A stretch of 63,282 bases of DNA, counting the filler, from Octopus bimaculoides (Eukaryota): the NCBI RefSeq assembly GCF_001194135.2. It is 7 parts of 7 records of this genome, joined end to end, with 100 filler letters (N's around TTAATTAATTAA, not from the genome) between each part and the next. Parts side by side here need not be neighbours in the genome. Positions count along the whole stretch, not along the records: positions 22,545 to 37,957 come from NC_068982.1; 6 more parts are not named here. The stretch is one strand, 5' to 3'. Each line of letters begins with the position of its first letter. Within the stretch, counting starts at the first letter, position 1. A model generated the notes under the pieces. That model was not told the DNA's origin, made no database searches, and was given only the letters and a program-made list of their open reading frames with translations. Of this stretch, positions 23,474 through 37,007 are shown in pieces. The translations under genes and the position numbers were made by a program.

Positions 23474-23805
23474 ACTTCTTGGGGTATAAAAGCAAATCAC
23501 GTATCGGAATCATTAGACGATCTCTCATCGTTTACCTATTTCAGTATTTGGACTCCGGCCATGCTGGTGTACAAGATTCAAGAGTTTATTCGAACAAATC
23601 CACCTCAATTCTTGTCTTGTTAAACGTGGAAGTTATTGAATTGCTTTCTTTTACNNNNNNNNNNNNNNNNNNNNNNNNNNNNNNNNNNNNNNNNNNNNNN
23701 NNNNNNNNNNNNNNNNNNNNNNNNNNNNNNNNNNNNNNNNNNNNNNNNNNNNNNNNNNNNNNNNNNNGCCATGCGAAGAACGACATGCACAAATACAGAA
23801 GTACG

Positions 23806-23843
<38 letters not shown>

Positions 23844-24219
23844 CAATATATATATACATACATGATAGGATTCCATCCAGTTTTCGTCTACAAAATTCTC
23901 TCACAAGATATTGATCGCCCCAGGACTATAGAATAAACAAGGTGCCGCGTGGTAAGGCTGAACCCAACACCGCGTATTTAGTAAGCATGAATGCCTTGTA
24001 CGTTTGTGGTATTTTGTTATGCTACCATAATATACTATAACGTAACCTAAATGTTTTTTATAAGTCCATACCAATTTCTACTGCGTTAGCAGTGCTATTT
24101 ACTTTATTCTGTTAAGTTTTTTTTTCTTATTATGTTAAGTTCTACAGAAAATTAGAAAGTAAACTTCTTAATCACATCAGCGCCTGTTATTTGCTCTTAT
24201 ACTGATTTTGGTTACAAAT

Positions 24220-24423
24220 GTTGGCGCAGCGGCAGCAATTTCGGGGGAGAGGCTAAATCGATTACATCGACCCCAGTGCTCAAATGGAACACATTTTATC
24301 GACTCCGATTGGATGAAAGGCAAACGGAACCTCGGCGGAATTCGAACATTGGACGTAAAGACGGACGAGTTACTGGTAATCATTGTGTCCGACGGGCCAA
24401 CGATTTTGGCAGCTCGCCGCCTT
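24220..24423 (-). mobile_element. Meta-like SINE
   Basis: Same family as 3350-3580. Confidence 0.75.
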
Positions 24424-24880
24424 AATATCAATTCTTATACTGATATTAAAGATTGAATTACCTCAGCTATTTCTGGACCAAACCTTATGCTTTAATCTAT
24501 TGCATCTAGTACGATATTGAAAATCATCTCATTCGCCGCCATACAGAGAGTATTATGATAATAAAAATAGGTCTATTGAAGAAGTCTTCATCAGAAAGCA
24601 ATGCAGAAGATATTATATTAATATTTAGAATTAAAGTTGGTAGAATTATTGGCAGGTCATGGTAATGGCCGCCTATATCAAATTATAAATCACTAGCTTG
24701 TCTTCGACCACAGAATTTCTTTGAATCTAATTTGAAAGTGATATCTAAAAGATTCAATATACGGACAATATTATCAACGTAATTTCTTAAAACGGTATCA
24801 CTAAAATATTTATTAATCTTTCTAATTTATAAACTATTTATGTTCCAGGAGAATGATGTCGTCATCTGTGTGATTGCCTC

Positions 24881-25176
24881 CTGTTGTTATCGAAATTTTT
24901 ATTCAAACTGCCTGAAATATAAAATCTCTTTTTTTGAATTTTGGTAAAATCGCCCCCTTCCCCTACAAAGAATGACATCAAGCAATTCGCCTCTGCTATT
25001 TTCACACAAGATGAATCAGAAAATATAAAAGGGAGGGATTGCTTTATGGAGCGTNNNNNNNNNNNCTGTTGTTATCGAAATTTTTATTCAAACTGCCTGA
25101 AATATAAAATCTCTTTTTTTGAATTTTGGTAAAATCGCCCCCTTCCCCTACAAAGAATGACATCAAGCAATTCGCC
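24881..25176 (+). repeat. Identical 111-bp direct duplication across an 11-N gap (probable assembly overlap)
   Basis: 24881-24991 equals 25066-25176, and the second copy starts exactly at the gap edge. Confidence 0.8.
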
Positions 25177-25803
25177 AGTGAAGAATGTCACTGGAAAAGA
25201 AGATATAAGATTTTGCCAGGTTTTTCTCTCTCACCAAGGTCATCAGCTGTCGAACGCCGAAGAAGGGAAATAACCCTGAAATCCGGATACGTTCGTGCTG
25301 CTGGTCGTGGTGAGAGGGATAACTCCCTTGGCAAACAGGACACAGTCGTGTGTCGATAAGCCAGCTGGAGGAGATGTCCTCCTGGGGCTAAAAGCAACAG
25401 TAACATCCACCCCTAGGGGTCAGCCACACTTAAGTGGCAATATACTACACTTTATATATATATATATTTGTACGTATGTATTATACATATAAGTATATAC
25501 CTATATTGTTAAATATATATAATCTTTCGTTACACACCCTGTGACTTCTTCAGCGACTCTCCATCCCACGTGCCTCCTATTCTGTTCAGACCATTCTCTC
25601 ATGGGAATTGTCTAAACAGAAAAGGGGATCTAAAGCCCAAGGAATGTTTTAAACTCAATATTTACATATCATTACGTATAGATTTATAAACTTCGAATAG
25701 CACCGTTAAAGCTATTTATTTCATGCTTCCCGAAGTCTCTTATGACGCAAACCTGATACGAAATGAAAACTGATATATGCTATGATATAGTATGATATAT
25801 ATA

Positions 25804-25873
<70 letters not shown>

Positions 25874-25879
25874 AATAGG

Positions 25880-25931
<52 letters not shown>

Positions 25932-26129
25932 AGGTGGTGGTTATGTGTGCCTGTACGTATGTTTGTGTGTCTGTCAGCGTAGGCATGTAAAACATATTCA
26001 AGAGACAAAGATGGAAAGCATTCTTTCTTCATCAGCGTTTGACACAAAATAACAAACAGCTTTATCACTTTATCGACAGGTTTACTTATTTCAGAATGCG
26101 AGTTGTTAGTGTTACAGGACATGGTTTCT

Positions 26130-27140
26130 AGTAGAGTAGATGACGCTTGATATACGAAAATGTATTTTTGTTGTTGTTAGTTGTTTGTGTATAGGCCTTG
26201 GCATTGTTCATATTAGTCTTGTTTCTATTGGGGTTACTCGTAATTATTTGTGGTGGTGCATGGTGCGTGGTTGGCGTTAGTGGTATTAGTGAGTGGGTTC
26301 CTGTTATTTGGGCTGCTTATAGGGTGATTAGGGTTTAGGTATTTGATTTTTTGTTTAAATCCTGCTTTCCGTAGTGTGGAGTTATAGGTTTATTTATGTC
26401 TGTTAAAGATGTCTATGTTAGAAGAGAGGCGTGATATTCTATTGCCAATGCTATGTACTAGGCTTCGCTTACTAAAGTTGGGGTGGTTACTTGCAGCGTT
26501 TATGTATTTGAGGTTCGTGTTGGGTTTCCTGTAGGGTTCATAGTGTCTAGGTAGTTAATAGTGGTGTGCTTCTTTTCAATAGAGATAGATAGTCCATATC
26601 TTTTGAAGAATTTATGTAGTTTTTTCTTGATAAGCTCTAGTTTCCTATCTGAGGGTTTCTTAATTATGAAGAGAGCGTCGTCCCTGTATAATCCGTCTTT
26701 GAGTTCCAGGAATTCGTCCTGTATGTATGATAGAAAATAGATGCCTACCAGGTCAGTTACCTATGCTGAATCTGGGGCTCCCATGGTGATATCAAAATAG
26801 TTAGGTGTATCTTTACGTACCCAGAGTTTATTATCAAAGCTAATAAGTGACTTCCTCGCTTCTAATATTACATTTACTTCGGTCATGTTCAATCCTGTGT
26901 GATTTTTGGCATAGATTAGGGCACTATTAAGGATCGTAGGGTTAATTGAAGAGTAGTAGTCAACTATGTCTATCTGTATGAACTTGTAATTCCTCTTGTT
27001 CTGTATGTTGGAGAACCAATTAATAGCTTCATATGTGTTGGACCATAATGCCAGAGTTATTTTACTTTTTAGCTTAGGGGTGTATTTATCGAGTATTAGT
27101 TTGCTTAATTTACATATGTATGTATTTATATGCACACACA
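26130..27140 (-). mobile_element. Penelope-like element reverse transcriptase, degenerate
   Basis: LWSNT..AINWF.NIQNK...FIQIDIVDYYSSI...FDITMGAPDSA*VTDLVGIY...GLYRDDAL..., then after a frameshift YRKPNTNLKYINAASNHP. One in-frame TAG at ~26761. Confidence 0.85.
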
Positions 27141-28098
27141 TATATACATATATACTTTTTATCTTAGGGATGTATTTCTCGAGTATTAGTCTACCTCATT
27201 TACATGTGTATGTATGTATATACACACACGTATATACATATATACTTAAACATATATATGGGCTTTATATTTCATGATGTATACAATGTCTTATTTAAAA
27301 GTTGTGAGAACGAAGCCGTGAGGAGTTTATTACATTTGTTAGAGCCTTCAATGGTGGCAAGTTAAAAAGAACTCAGACTGAACACAATAAACTCTCACAT
27401 CAAACCCCAAGGAGTGATTAGTGGTCGATATTCAAGAATTATCTGTATAAGTATTGAATTGGCAGAAAAGCCAAATTCCCGATGGATTAGCTAAAATGCC
27501 CGGCCGCACGTGTCTAAACTGAATGAAAAGCATTGTGCTGCATTTTCCTCATCTCATTCTGCCTATCTCACACGGAATGACTTCGAAGCAAAAGTATCTC
27601 TGACAATTGGAGATTTACTGTGAACAAATACGCCTTATAGCCATTTTCAACTGCGGAGATTATTTTCAGCATTTTATTTCATTTCATTTTCCTTGAATTT
27701 TCTAGTGTCGATCTGTGGGATGACGGTGTCTGTCTGACAGTTACCTTCAAAGTGGGGGTCTTTCTACAGCTCCTATATTTCCATTGTGACAGTCTTGTTT
27801 GTGTGCATCTCTGCCTAAACGAAATGGAGGCGATTCTAACATTTGTGCGGTTAAATCGAGAAGATATTTTCCATTTCTTGGTGGGAAAGTGTAACTTACC
27901 AGTCACTATTCATGATGACTGACGAGTGAAAAAAATAAAGAGAAATTGGATCTACCACCGTTGATCATAACATCATTGACAAACCAGAATATTGTGCAAA
28001 TGTTGCCTCGAAGGAACTCATTCGTTTCAATATTTCTGTCTCTGCCCAGGGTAATCAAAACATTCAGAGAAAAAATAACTTAAGAGGGATGACATATA

Positions 28099-28148
<50 letters not shown>

Positions 28149-30599
28149 CGTCTGTGTGTGTGTGTGTGTGTGTGTGTGTTTGTGTGCGTGTGTATTTGGA
28201 CAGCGACAGAAGAAAGATAGGAAAGAACTCAGGAAACCGATCTTATTGTTAATGGCAGTAGAATTTGGGATTATCAGTACACGCCGATCCCCATCAGCAA
28301 AATACTTATAATTTGCCATACACTTCAGGATGACTTTATTGCACGCATCCAGTGCTTCAACCACTGCTCGAACTCCTCGCCTACGCCTTGCTGTCGTTGC
28401 TGTCTGATACAATGGTATTGCCCCAGCGTAATCGCAGCTTTCAAGCTGAGACTAGTTAGAGATTTAAAGAGAATACCCTTTGAAAATATCAAGCAAGTGA
28501 CAAAAGGCACATATAGTAAGAATCAATGGGCTACAGAAAATATTCCTTGCTAAAGAAAAGTGTTATCGCAAAGGGTTTCTCTTTAACCTCTTTGTGGGTA
28601 TTAACGAGAAGCGTACCCACGTTCTCACAAATAACAATCAGTTCCGATTTCCCAATCGATTGAGCACCCTATCTATTCAGCCTCTTCCCAGGCACTACTA
28701 TATTCGAGACTAAACCTTCATTTGTTATATATATAAAGAAAAAAAGATATCCCCACTAAAAGAAATGGCTCCCGTTAGTTATATCTGTTGTACAGTTATT
28801 ACAATTTTGAAAAAATAATTCATATCTAGTCTAGAAACCCGTCTCGCTAAAACCTAATTTCGAACAAATGTTGACGTTTAGCTGAGTTGGAAACAAACGC
28901 CCACCTCTCTCCAGGTGGCAAATGGTCATCAACTTTTAAATATCACTGAGACAAAAAATAAAATTAAACTAATTCTTTTCCGCGAAATTAAGTTTAGGTT
29001 GACGTCAACAACGATAAAGTCAACTAATTCTATGTGACATCTGAGAAGCAAAAGTTGCCGATGTCACACAATCAGGATTGAAGATCAAAATTTAAAGATT
29101 CTAACTGTAAAAAATATTTTGAAAGCCATGCCAGAGATATTTCCGTGAAATACCTCATGACTGTTGACAAGAAAATGTAATAGAACTCCAGAATTATGCA
29201 AAACGTAATTTTGCTCACCACTTCCTGAGAAGATGAAATTATGTCACTCATCAGGAAATATCAACGGGTAACCTTCGAGCTGCAGATAAGTACAAAACTC
29301 TGACGGATCTACAAGATATTCCTCAGTGGTAAGAAGAACATATTTCCTGGCAAATGTTCCTCGTCATGCAGAACATGGATAAATGAACAGCTATCGTTGA
29401 ATGATATAAGAAAAATATCCAGGACCAAACAATATTCCGCTTAGATTACAGAAATATATTAGTCTACATCTCAAAATCAGCTTTGCGCTTTGATAGTGAA
29501 AATAGGAATATCGCCAGGTTGGAAATATGATTTAAAATCAAATAAATGTCACCATCGTGAAGGAAGCAGGTAGGAATTAATGTGGAATATTGTGGCTGGT
29601 TATTGAAGGAAAACTATTTGCAATAATCCTTCTAAGCCATCTTCAGTTGAACGTCCAGAGGATGATTTCCAGCCCACTGTGGCATAAACGACATGATTTT
29701 ATGTCCAATATATCAACAAAACAATTGCAGTGAACAACAGCAAACAATTTCTCTTGTCTTCTATGTCCTGGAAAATAAACAACAGAAGCCATGTTGATGA
29801 ATTGGAGAGTCCAGTCCACTTCATCTCGTCTGCTCGAACACTGCTTGAAGTTGTCAGGTTATTTTACTGCAAAGCAACATTTCTGAGTCCTTTCTGATTG
29901 CATATGGATTGAAGCAGCAGAGTTTTTTTGTACCTATTCCTTGCTACTTAAGCCTGTCTGTGATATTTCTTTCATTTCCTGTAAACAATCATGGTGTCGG
30001 TATAAGATGCTGCAGTTTTGATGTCGGATTATTTAGCTTAACTAGATTTCGTTCACATCGACCTACAGACATTCAGTGCACCCAGATCTTCATTGCATAT
30101 ATGATCATGTTATACTCTCTCACATCAAATATCCAGCAAATAGTTTCAAATTGACCAGCAGATATGACTCTTTCGGTCCTACACTGAAAATGAGAAGAGA
30201 AAAGCCCTCAATGAAGCGGTTCTGAAGACAAACCCGTCGAAGAAGTTGAATTGTTCGTTTTTTTTTTTTTTTTTGCAAGCACTCTTTTCAAATGCTATAT
30301 CGTCATGCTTGCTTCATCACTTCAAAATAACAGAACAGGTTTTTAAGAATTTATTCTTAACTCCCAAGCGAAACTCGGGATCACTCCGGTTGTCGTCATT
30401 CCATCATTAATATATGGTCGGGAAACATGAATAGTATACCATCGGGGCATTATATAGCTAGAGAATTTTCCTCAATAAAACATGAACACCCTCTTAAACA
30501 TCAAGTGGGAAGATTACATAATTATCAATGCTCTCATTAAAAAAAAAGCAATAGTAAAAGCATAAAAATCAACCATGGCAGAAAAACAAATTGGTCTAA

Positions 30600-30940
30600 T
30601 ATTGAATGCATGCGGTTACAATGAAGAGGACAAGAGTTCCTAGTGAAATGCTCTTCATCGAATTAACTACCAATAAAAGAATATGTTGCTCTCCACGTTA
30701 TCACGACGAGGTAAAGACGATCTTCAAAGTAGTTGGAACTGACACAAAAATGTGGAAAGCTTAAACATAGAATTGAGGAAACTGGTGTCACATTGGATCT
30801 GACAAGTTTGACATCATAAGGAAAAGAAAACTTGAAGAAAATCATAAAGAACGCAAGATGGAGTAACAGCAGTTGCGCCTAATTCTTCCTTGCATTTATT
30901 CTATACCAGGATTGGCCTTCGAATAAATCAGCGCCATCAG
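30600..30940 (+). mobile_element. Highly degenerate RTE-like 3' remnant
   Basis: FYTRIGLRINQRH (~30900) resembles the RTE terminal finger FxSRIGLxSHxRxH; the rest is broken. Confidence 0.35.
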
Positions 30941-32614
30941 GATGGTGGATCTCCTGGAAGTAATTGAAAATACCGAACTCGACACACCACCGCCGCCAGC
31001 CGATATATATATGCGAACATATATAATACATACATATGTACATACATACAAGCCAACGTGCTTGTGCGTGGTAAGTGTGTATATAAGGTATTACCTGATA
31101 TGGTTATCAAGAAAACTGAAGACTTCACACTAAATATGTGTTGAACAGCCTCTACTGTCAACAACTTTACGTATGGAAATAACCACGAAAACAATTTCAG
31201 GAATAAATCCAGCAACTTTCTCCGGCAAAAAGAGAACTTGTGTTCATTATAACACAGCTTTAGAACCTGACGAAAAATGAATACTAATGAGAAAAGCATA
31301 GATACTCATTGAAATATCTTGAAATGCGCACACATACACGCACATGCACAAACACACATACACACACACATACATACACGCACACATACACACACACACA
31401 CACACACATATAGAGAGCAGAAGACATATACAGAAAGGTACACTTACAAGCTCATGCACCAATACAGACACACACATACACACACATACGCAGACACATA
31501 CACACACATATACATGTGAGGATGGGGTGTTCTGGAATATTTATCCTATTTTTACCAGCTTATAGTATAGTCGACAATGACAGATAAGGGTCTCATTCTA
31601 TGGTAGATGTCGTAAAATCTTTATGAGAAGTAATAGAATTTAAATATATCATTACTTCAGTTTTATCTTTTATGACAAGGAGATCGGACTGCATAAATTC
31701 TTTAGTAATTTAACGTAATTTTCCTTCATACAAAATAAATGTCTATTTCTATTGCGAATTTTGTAATGCTTCTGTAGATCAGATTTGACACATATAAAAT
31801 ATGCTTCGATGTTTTCAAGGTTAAATTGAATATGCTGAAGGAAGGTAATGTCGGAGAAATTACGACACAACGATATGAATATTATTCGAACCAACAATTT
31901 ATGCGGAGTATATTAATAGAGTTATCATTTTAATGGGATACATTTAGCGATAGTCGCATCAACAGACTTTGAAATGCATTACATAAAAAATATATTTTAG
32001 ATATACAAAAAGATACCGAATGAGCATAATTATATCTACATATTTATGCGAGTGTATATATACTCTATACATATATTATGCTCTATATATACTCTATACA
32101 TATATTCACACATACACANNNNNNNNNNNNNNNNNNNNNNNNNNNNNNNNNNNNNNNNNNNNNNNNNNNNNNNNNNNNNNNNNNNNNNNNNNNNNNNNNN
32201 NNNNNNNNNNNNNNNNNNNNNNNNNNNNNNNNNNNNNNNNNNNNNNNNNNNNNNNNNNNNNNNNNNNNNNNNNNNNNNNNNNNNNNNNNNNNNNNNNNNN
32301 NNNNTATATATGTATATATATATATATACATGCAAAGATTCATGTATCTGTGTGTGTGTGTGTATATGAATGCATATATTAATTTGTTGGTGGTGAAGTA
32401 CTTAAGAACTTCGGTTTGCAAATATAAAACCCCGGGTTCAAATCCCCTGCATAGCACATCGGGTACGCCTGCTAATTAATTTTGTATGGAACGGAGACGG
32501 TTTCAAATACTTGGAGAGAAAAGCTCCACATCCATCATATCTGCTGTTATTCTCATTCCACTCTAGAAACGTCTAGCGAGAACACAGTCGTGTGTACAAT
32601 ATCTAGGAATTCAA

Positions 32615-32820
32615 AGCGGCGAGCTGTCAGAATCTGGGGGGAAATGCTTAGCAACATTCCCTCCGTCCTTACGTTGTGATTTGAAATTCCACCGCGGTTA
32701 ACTTTGCCTTTCAGTCTTTCGAAATCGATGAAATAAGAATCCGATCCCTACCGGGCTCGATGTAAACAACTTACCCCTGCCCCGAAATTGCTGACCTCAT
32801 ACCAAAGTTTGAAATCAATA
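32615..32820 (+). mobile_element. Meta-like SINE
   Basis: ggcgagctgtcagaatc...aaattccaccgcggttaactttgcctttcagtctttcgaaatcgatgaaataag. Confidence 0.7.
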
Positions 32821-33054
32821 TTCAGGCATTTTCCACGCTGAGAACCTGAGTAAGCTTTTCAACGTTTGTGTTAAGAGTGTTCCTGGGAATCCACCACATA
32901 CACATATGCACATAAACACACTCACACACAAACACGCACACATATATTTATATATGTAAATATATAGCAAGTATATATATATGTATATATATATACAGAT
33001 TCACATATGTACGTATACGCATATACATATCGGACTGTTTATTTGTGTGTGTGA

Positions 33055-33095
<41 letters not shown>

Positions 33096-33509
33096 AGTGA
33101 GTGCATAGATGAAGGTAGAGAGACACGAAGTGGGAGAAAAATATATTACAGTGTTTCATGGTCTATAATCCAGCCCCTCCGCAAACAAAAATATCTACAA
33201 AATAAATTTGGGCTTTATATCCAAAGATGATTCTATATTACATAATTTAATGCACTTAAATCGTTTTTTTCTTTTTGGTTCCTGAATATGCGCTGCAGAA
33301 ATGAGGGTGCGTCTAATAAGTCCGTCTTTTATGCCATTGAATAGGATGCATGCATAGAATTGCATTTAAAGAGCCTAAAGATCACACGAAATTAGTTGCG
33401 AAACCATTCTCACTCTCATCGCAGTGATTCAGTGTCTGAAATCTGGGGATCTATGGATTCATTACTGGCGGTCTAAGGAAACATATCGACAAGATATTAC
33501 AGACGGCAA

Positions 33510-33985
33510 TGTATAATAGACAAGTTTCTATGCTTAAAATTTAGCTGAAAATTATGGGTGAATGTTCTGGCTCAATCGGATTCGCAAGGAGCCGTGTTAG
33601 CGTTGATATGTGGGTTAGATTCTAGTCGGAGTAGGCTCATCACTTTTTCTTCCAGTCAATTGTTTAGATAAATATCGCTTTATATCGGAGTAAATATGTT
33701 ATTATTATGATATATTTTTATATAGATTTTATTGCATAAAATAATTTCCTAGTCGTTTTCTCTCCGTAACTTATCAAGCCTCCGGGTTTGTTTACAAATA
33801 CTAAATGCAGTAACAGACAATTAAGTTTCTATACATAACATTTGGCTGAAAACTAAACGCGAGTGTTCTGGCCCAATCGGATGAGCAAGGAGTCGTGTTA
33901 ACGTTGATGGCTAGGTTCGATTTTAGTTGGAGTTATCTCATCGTTTTGTCAGTCAACTGTTTATATAAATGTCGCTTTAAATCGA
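33510..33985 (+). repeat. Diverged tandem duplication (~300-bp period), each unit with a tRNA-Asn-like head
   Basis: Units at ~33510-33680 and ~33815-33985 contain an A-box-like TGGCYCAATCGG, TGTTA(A/G)C and a B-box-like GGTT(C/A)GATT. Confidence 0.6.
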
Positions 33986-34041
33986 AGCAGATATATTATT
34001 ATGTAGTTATTGTTATTTGTGTGTATGTATGTGTGTGTGTT

Positions 34042-34064
<23 letters not shown>

Positions 34065-34072
<8 letters not shown>

Positions 34073-34330
34073 AAACATAACAGACGAAGACAGGTCGTGT
34101 TGAAAACAAATAGATGTATTAGTATAACGCTTGAGAATTGAGAAAGTCTAGCGTTTTGAGCCTACGCTCTTCTACAGAGAGGAACACGGAAAGAAACAGA
34201 AAGGAACAAGGAGAGAAACAAGGACAGAAAAAAAGGAGAGAAAAAAAAGTAGAGAAACAAGGAAAGAAAAAGGATGAAAATAGAATATAACGATGCGTAC
34301 GGCCTTAATTCTTCGAAACGCCGGAGTTTT
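34065..34330 (-). mobile_element. Diverged copy of the 22078-22270 Penelope-like repeat
   Basis: Shares acagacgaa.acagg..gtgt..aaacaaa..gtattagtat.acgct..gaa..gaaagtct..cgttt.gagc.tacgctctt with the 22.1-kb copy. Confidence 0.6.
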
Positions 34331-34849
34331 AATGGTGGCAGCTGATGAAGGGGATGTTTCTATGTGGCCTGCTTGTTTGTTGCACCTTGTTTACCATTTT
34401 GTCCTTGTTCTTTTGCCACGTCATATACCCAGTTATGTATCTATATGTACATGTAGATGAACGTATATACATACATGTACATATATATGCATATACTCAT
34501 ATATTGTTTTTATATATATATATATATATATAGCTATATTATTTATTATGTTACGGTTATTATTTCGTGTTTCGTTGCTCTGTATTGTTACTTTCTTGAC
34601 CGAAGGCTTGTATAGTTTATTCCCTGCTTTCAGGTTTCCATCGATGAGTTGGTGTTCATTATAAAGTGCTTTGTCAGTATATTCCGTGTGCAGTGGGACT
34701 AAAATTCCTTCTGTTTGAATATTCAGAACAATATTTCATTTTTAAGTAATCTCCAGACACCCGTAATTTATATTTGTTGAAATATTTACTCAACACATTT
34801 TGTCTCTATGACATGTGTCCCTCTTCATTATAATATATTCTACCTCATC

Positions 34850-34886
34850 ATGAACATGAACATCATCACCATCATCATCGTCGTCG

Positions 34887-34938
<52 letters not shown>

Positions 34939-35120
34939 TTTCACCTTCATCATCATCATCATCATCATCATCATAATCATCTACAACGACAGCACTGTCA
35001 TCAGCATCATAGTCATCACCACTAGTTGCACTGCCATCTTTCGATTAATATTATCATCACAGCAGTATGATTGTTATTGGTTTCATTATGATTACTCCCA
35101 TTATTATTATTACTATTATT
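34850..35120. repeat. (ATC)n/(ATT)n microsatellite block
   Basis: Directly visible. Confidence 0.95.
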
Positions 35121-35224
35121 AAGCAACGAGATGCGTTGGCAAAATTGTTCGCACGCCGCACAAAATGCTTGAGATCGATGGAATTTCCATACTTCTACCT
35201 TTAGCAGGAAGCATTGTTATTATT

Positions 35225-35705
35225 ATTATTGCCTTTGCACAGCTTCTATCGTTGGAGATGTACTACAGTGTTAGCTGTTCACTACCAGTGAACTAAGGTA
35301 ACACCCCTTATTTTTCGAGCACCTTCCGGAGTATTCGAGCGGTTTCAAGCAGTGCTGTTTTCTGCCAGTGCCCCACCCTTATTGCAGCCCCTATTTGTTC
35401 CACATACTTCTCGAGATTTTTGTTCACTGTTCCCAGGGCTCCGATAATTATTGGTACTACTGCTACTTTTTTCGTCTTCCACAACTGCTTAACTTCCCAA
35501 GATAGCCTGTCATATCTCTCAACTTTTCTTTCTTCCTTTATCGTATACCTTGTTGTCAGCTGGGCATGCTATGTCTACGATTCAGCATAGATTGTTTTCT
35601 TTCTCAATTAAAACTGTCTGGTTTCCTATCTCCTGATTGCTCTGAATCATAAAATCCCAAACGACATTTGCATTATCATTTTCCATGATGCCTTCGGGTT
35701 TATAG
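35225..35705 (-). mobile_element. Second R4/Dong-like LINE 3' fragment (different subfamily)
   Basis: VDIACPADNKV..., then after a frameshift ERKVERYDRLSWEVKQLWKTKKVAVVPIIIGALGTV...QKTALLETARILRKVLEK-stop (35308). Confidence 0.85.
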
Positions 35706-35730
35706 TCGTCAATTATTATTATTATTATTG

Positions 35731-36957
35731 TTCAGTAGTTTTATTTTTATAACGTGCTTTCACTTCACTACCGAGCGCAGCTCTGTGCGCCTTGGGTATG
35801 TGCTGTGGTTTGCTGTGGTGCTCTTATGTTTACTGTATTGAAAGTGTTTTGCGTAGAATGTGTGCAGTACCCAGTAGTGCAATTTTCTGTATGTTATATA
35901 TATTTGTAAGTCCTGGTATTTTTGTTATGTATTTGTCTGAATATTTTTTTATTATACCTAAGGCACCTACTATGATAGGAATTGTTTCTGTTTTTAGATT
36001 CCACATTCGAGTTATCTCTATTTCCAGGTCTTTGTATTTTGAAAGTTTTTCCATTTCTTTTAGAGAAACGTTGTCATCTGCTNNNNNNNNNNNNNNNNNN
36101 NNNNNNNNNNNNNNNNNNNNNNNNNNNNNNNNNNNNNNNNNNNNNNNNNNNNNNNNNNNNNNNNNNNNNNNNNNNNNNNNNNNNNNNNNNNNNNNNNNNN
36201 NNNNNNNNNNNNNNNNNNNNNNNNNNNNNNNNNNNNNNNNNNNNNNNNNNNNNNNNNNNNNNNNNNNNNNNNNNNNNNNNNNNNNNNNNNNNNNNNNNNN
36301 NNNNNNNNNNNNNNNNNNNNNNNNNNNNNNNNNNNNNNNNNNNNNNNNNNNNNNNNNNNNNNNNNNNNNNNNNNNNNNNNNNNNNNNNNNNNNNNNNNNN
36401 NNNNNNNNNNNNNNNNNNNNNNNNNNNNNNNNNNNNNNNNNNNNNNNNNNNNNNNNNNNNNNNNNNNNNNNNNNNNNNNNNNNNNNNNNNNNNNNNNNNN
36501 NNNNNNNNNNNNNNNNNNNNNNNNNNNNNNNNNNNNNNNNNNNNNNNNNNNNNNNNNNNNNNNNNNNNNNNNNNNNNNNNNNNNNNNNNNNNNNNNNNNN
36601 NNNNNNNNNNNNNNNNNNNNNNNNNNNNNNNNNNNNNNNNNNNNNNNNNNNNNNNNNNNNNNNNNNNNNNNNNNNNNNNNNNNNNNNNNNNNNNNNNNNN
36701 NNNNNNNNNNNNNNNNNNNNNNNNNNNNNNGCAGCTCTATCATGCCTGTTGAGATACTCTGTAGGCGCAAGCAGACTGCACATGGAGACAACATGATCGA
36801 TGGTCTCATTTTGTTGTTGGCATATACGACATAATGGGGAGCTGCCGTTCTTTAATATGTTGGCCTGGTAGTTCTTTGTAGGTAGGCATTGATCTTGGGC
36901 TGCTATGATAAACCCCTCTGTTTCTGATTTCAATCCAGAGGCCATTAACCATTGGTG

Positions 36958-36958
<1 letters not shown>
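35731..36958 (-). mobile_element. R4/Dong-like LINE 3' portion (CCHC finger plus REL endonuclease)
   Basis: ORF 35830-36945: LKSETEGFIIAAQDQ...CRICQQQNETIDHVVSMC...KYKDLEIEITRMW...IPIIVGALG...GTAHILRK. Flanked by (TAA)n. Confidence 0.9.
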
Positions 36959-37005
<47 letters not shown>

Positions 37006-37007
37006 TT

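Noticed and set aside
24881-25176. Recent biological tandem duplication
   Set aside because: Perfect identity and a start exactly at an 11-N gap point to an unmerged contig overlap.
25720-25775. GLRHKR after an acceptor-like site as an astacin pro-peptide cleavage exon
   Set aside because: A stop follows within four codons and there is no donor.
29530-29570. HDGDIYL resembling the astacin pro-domain FEGDI motif
   Set aside because: No splice sites, and the surrounding residues do not fit.
34310-34360. Second hammerhead from GAAACG ... CTGATGA on the plus strand
   Set aside because: The core halves are present but stems I and II do not pair; at best permuted, decayed pieces.
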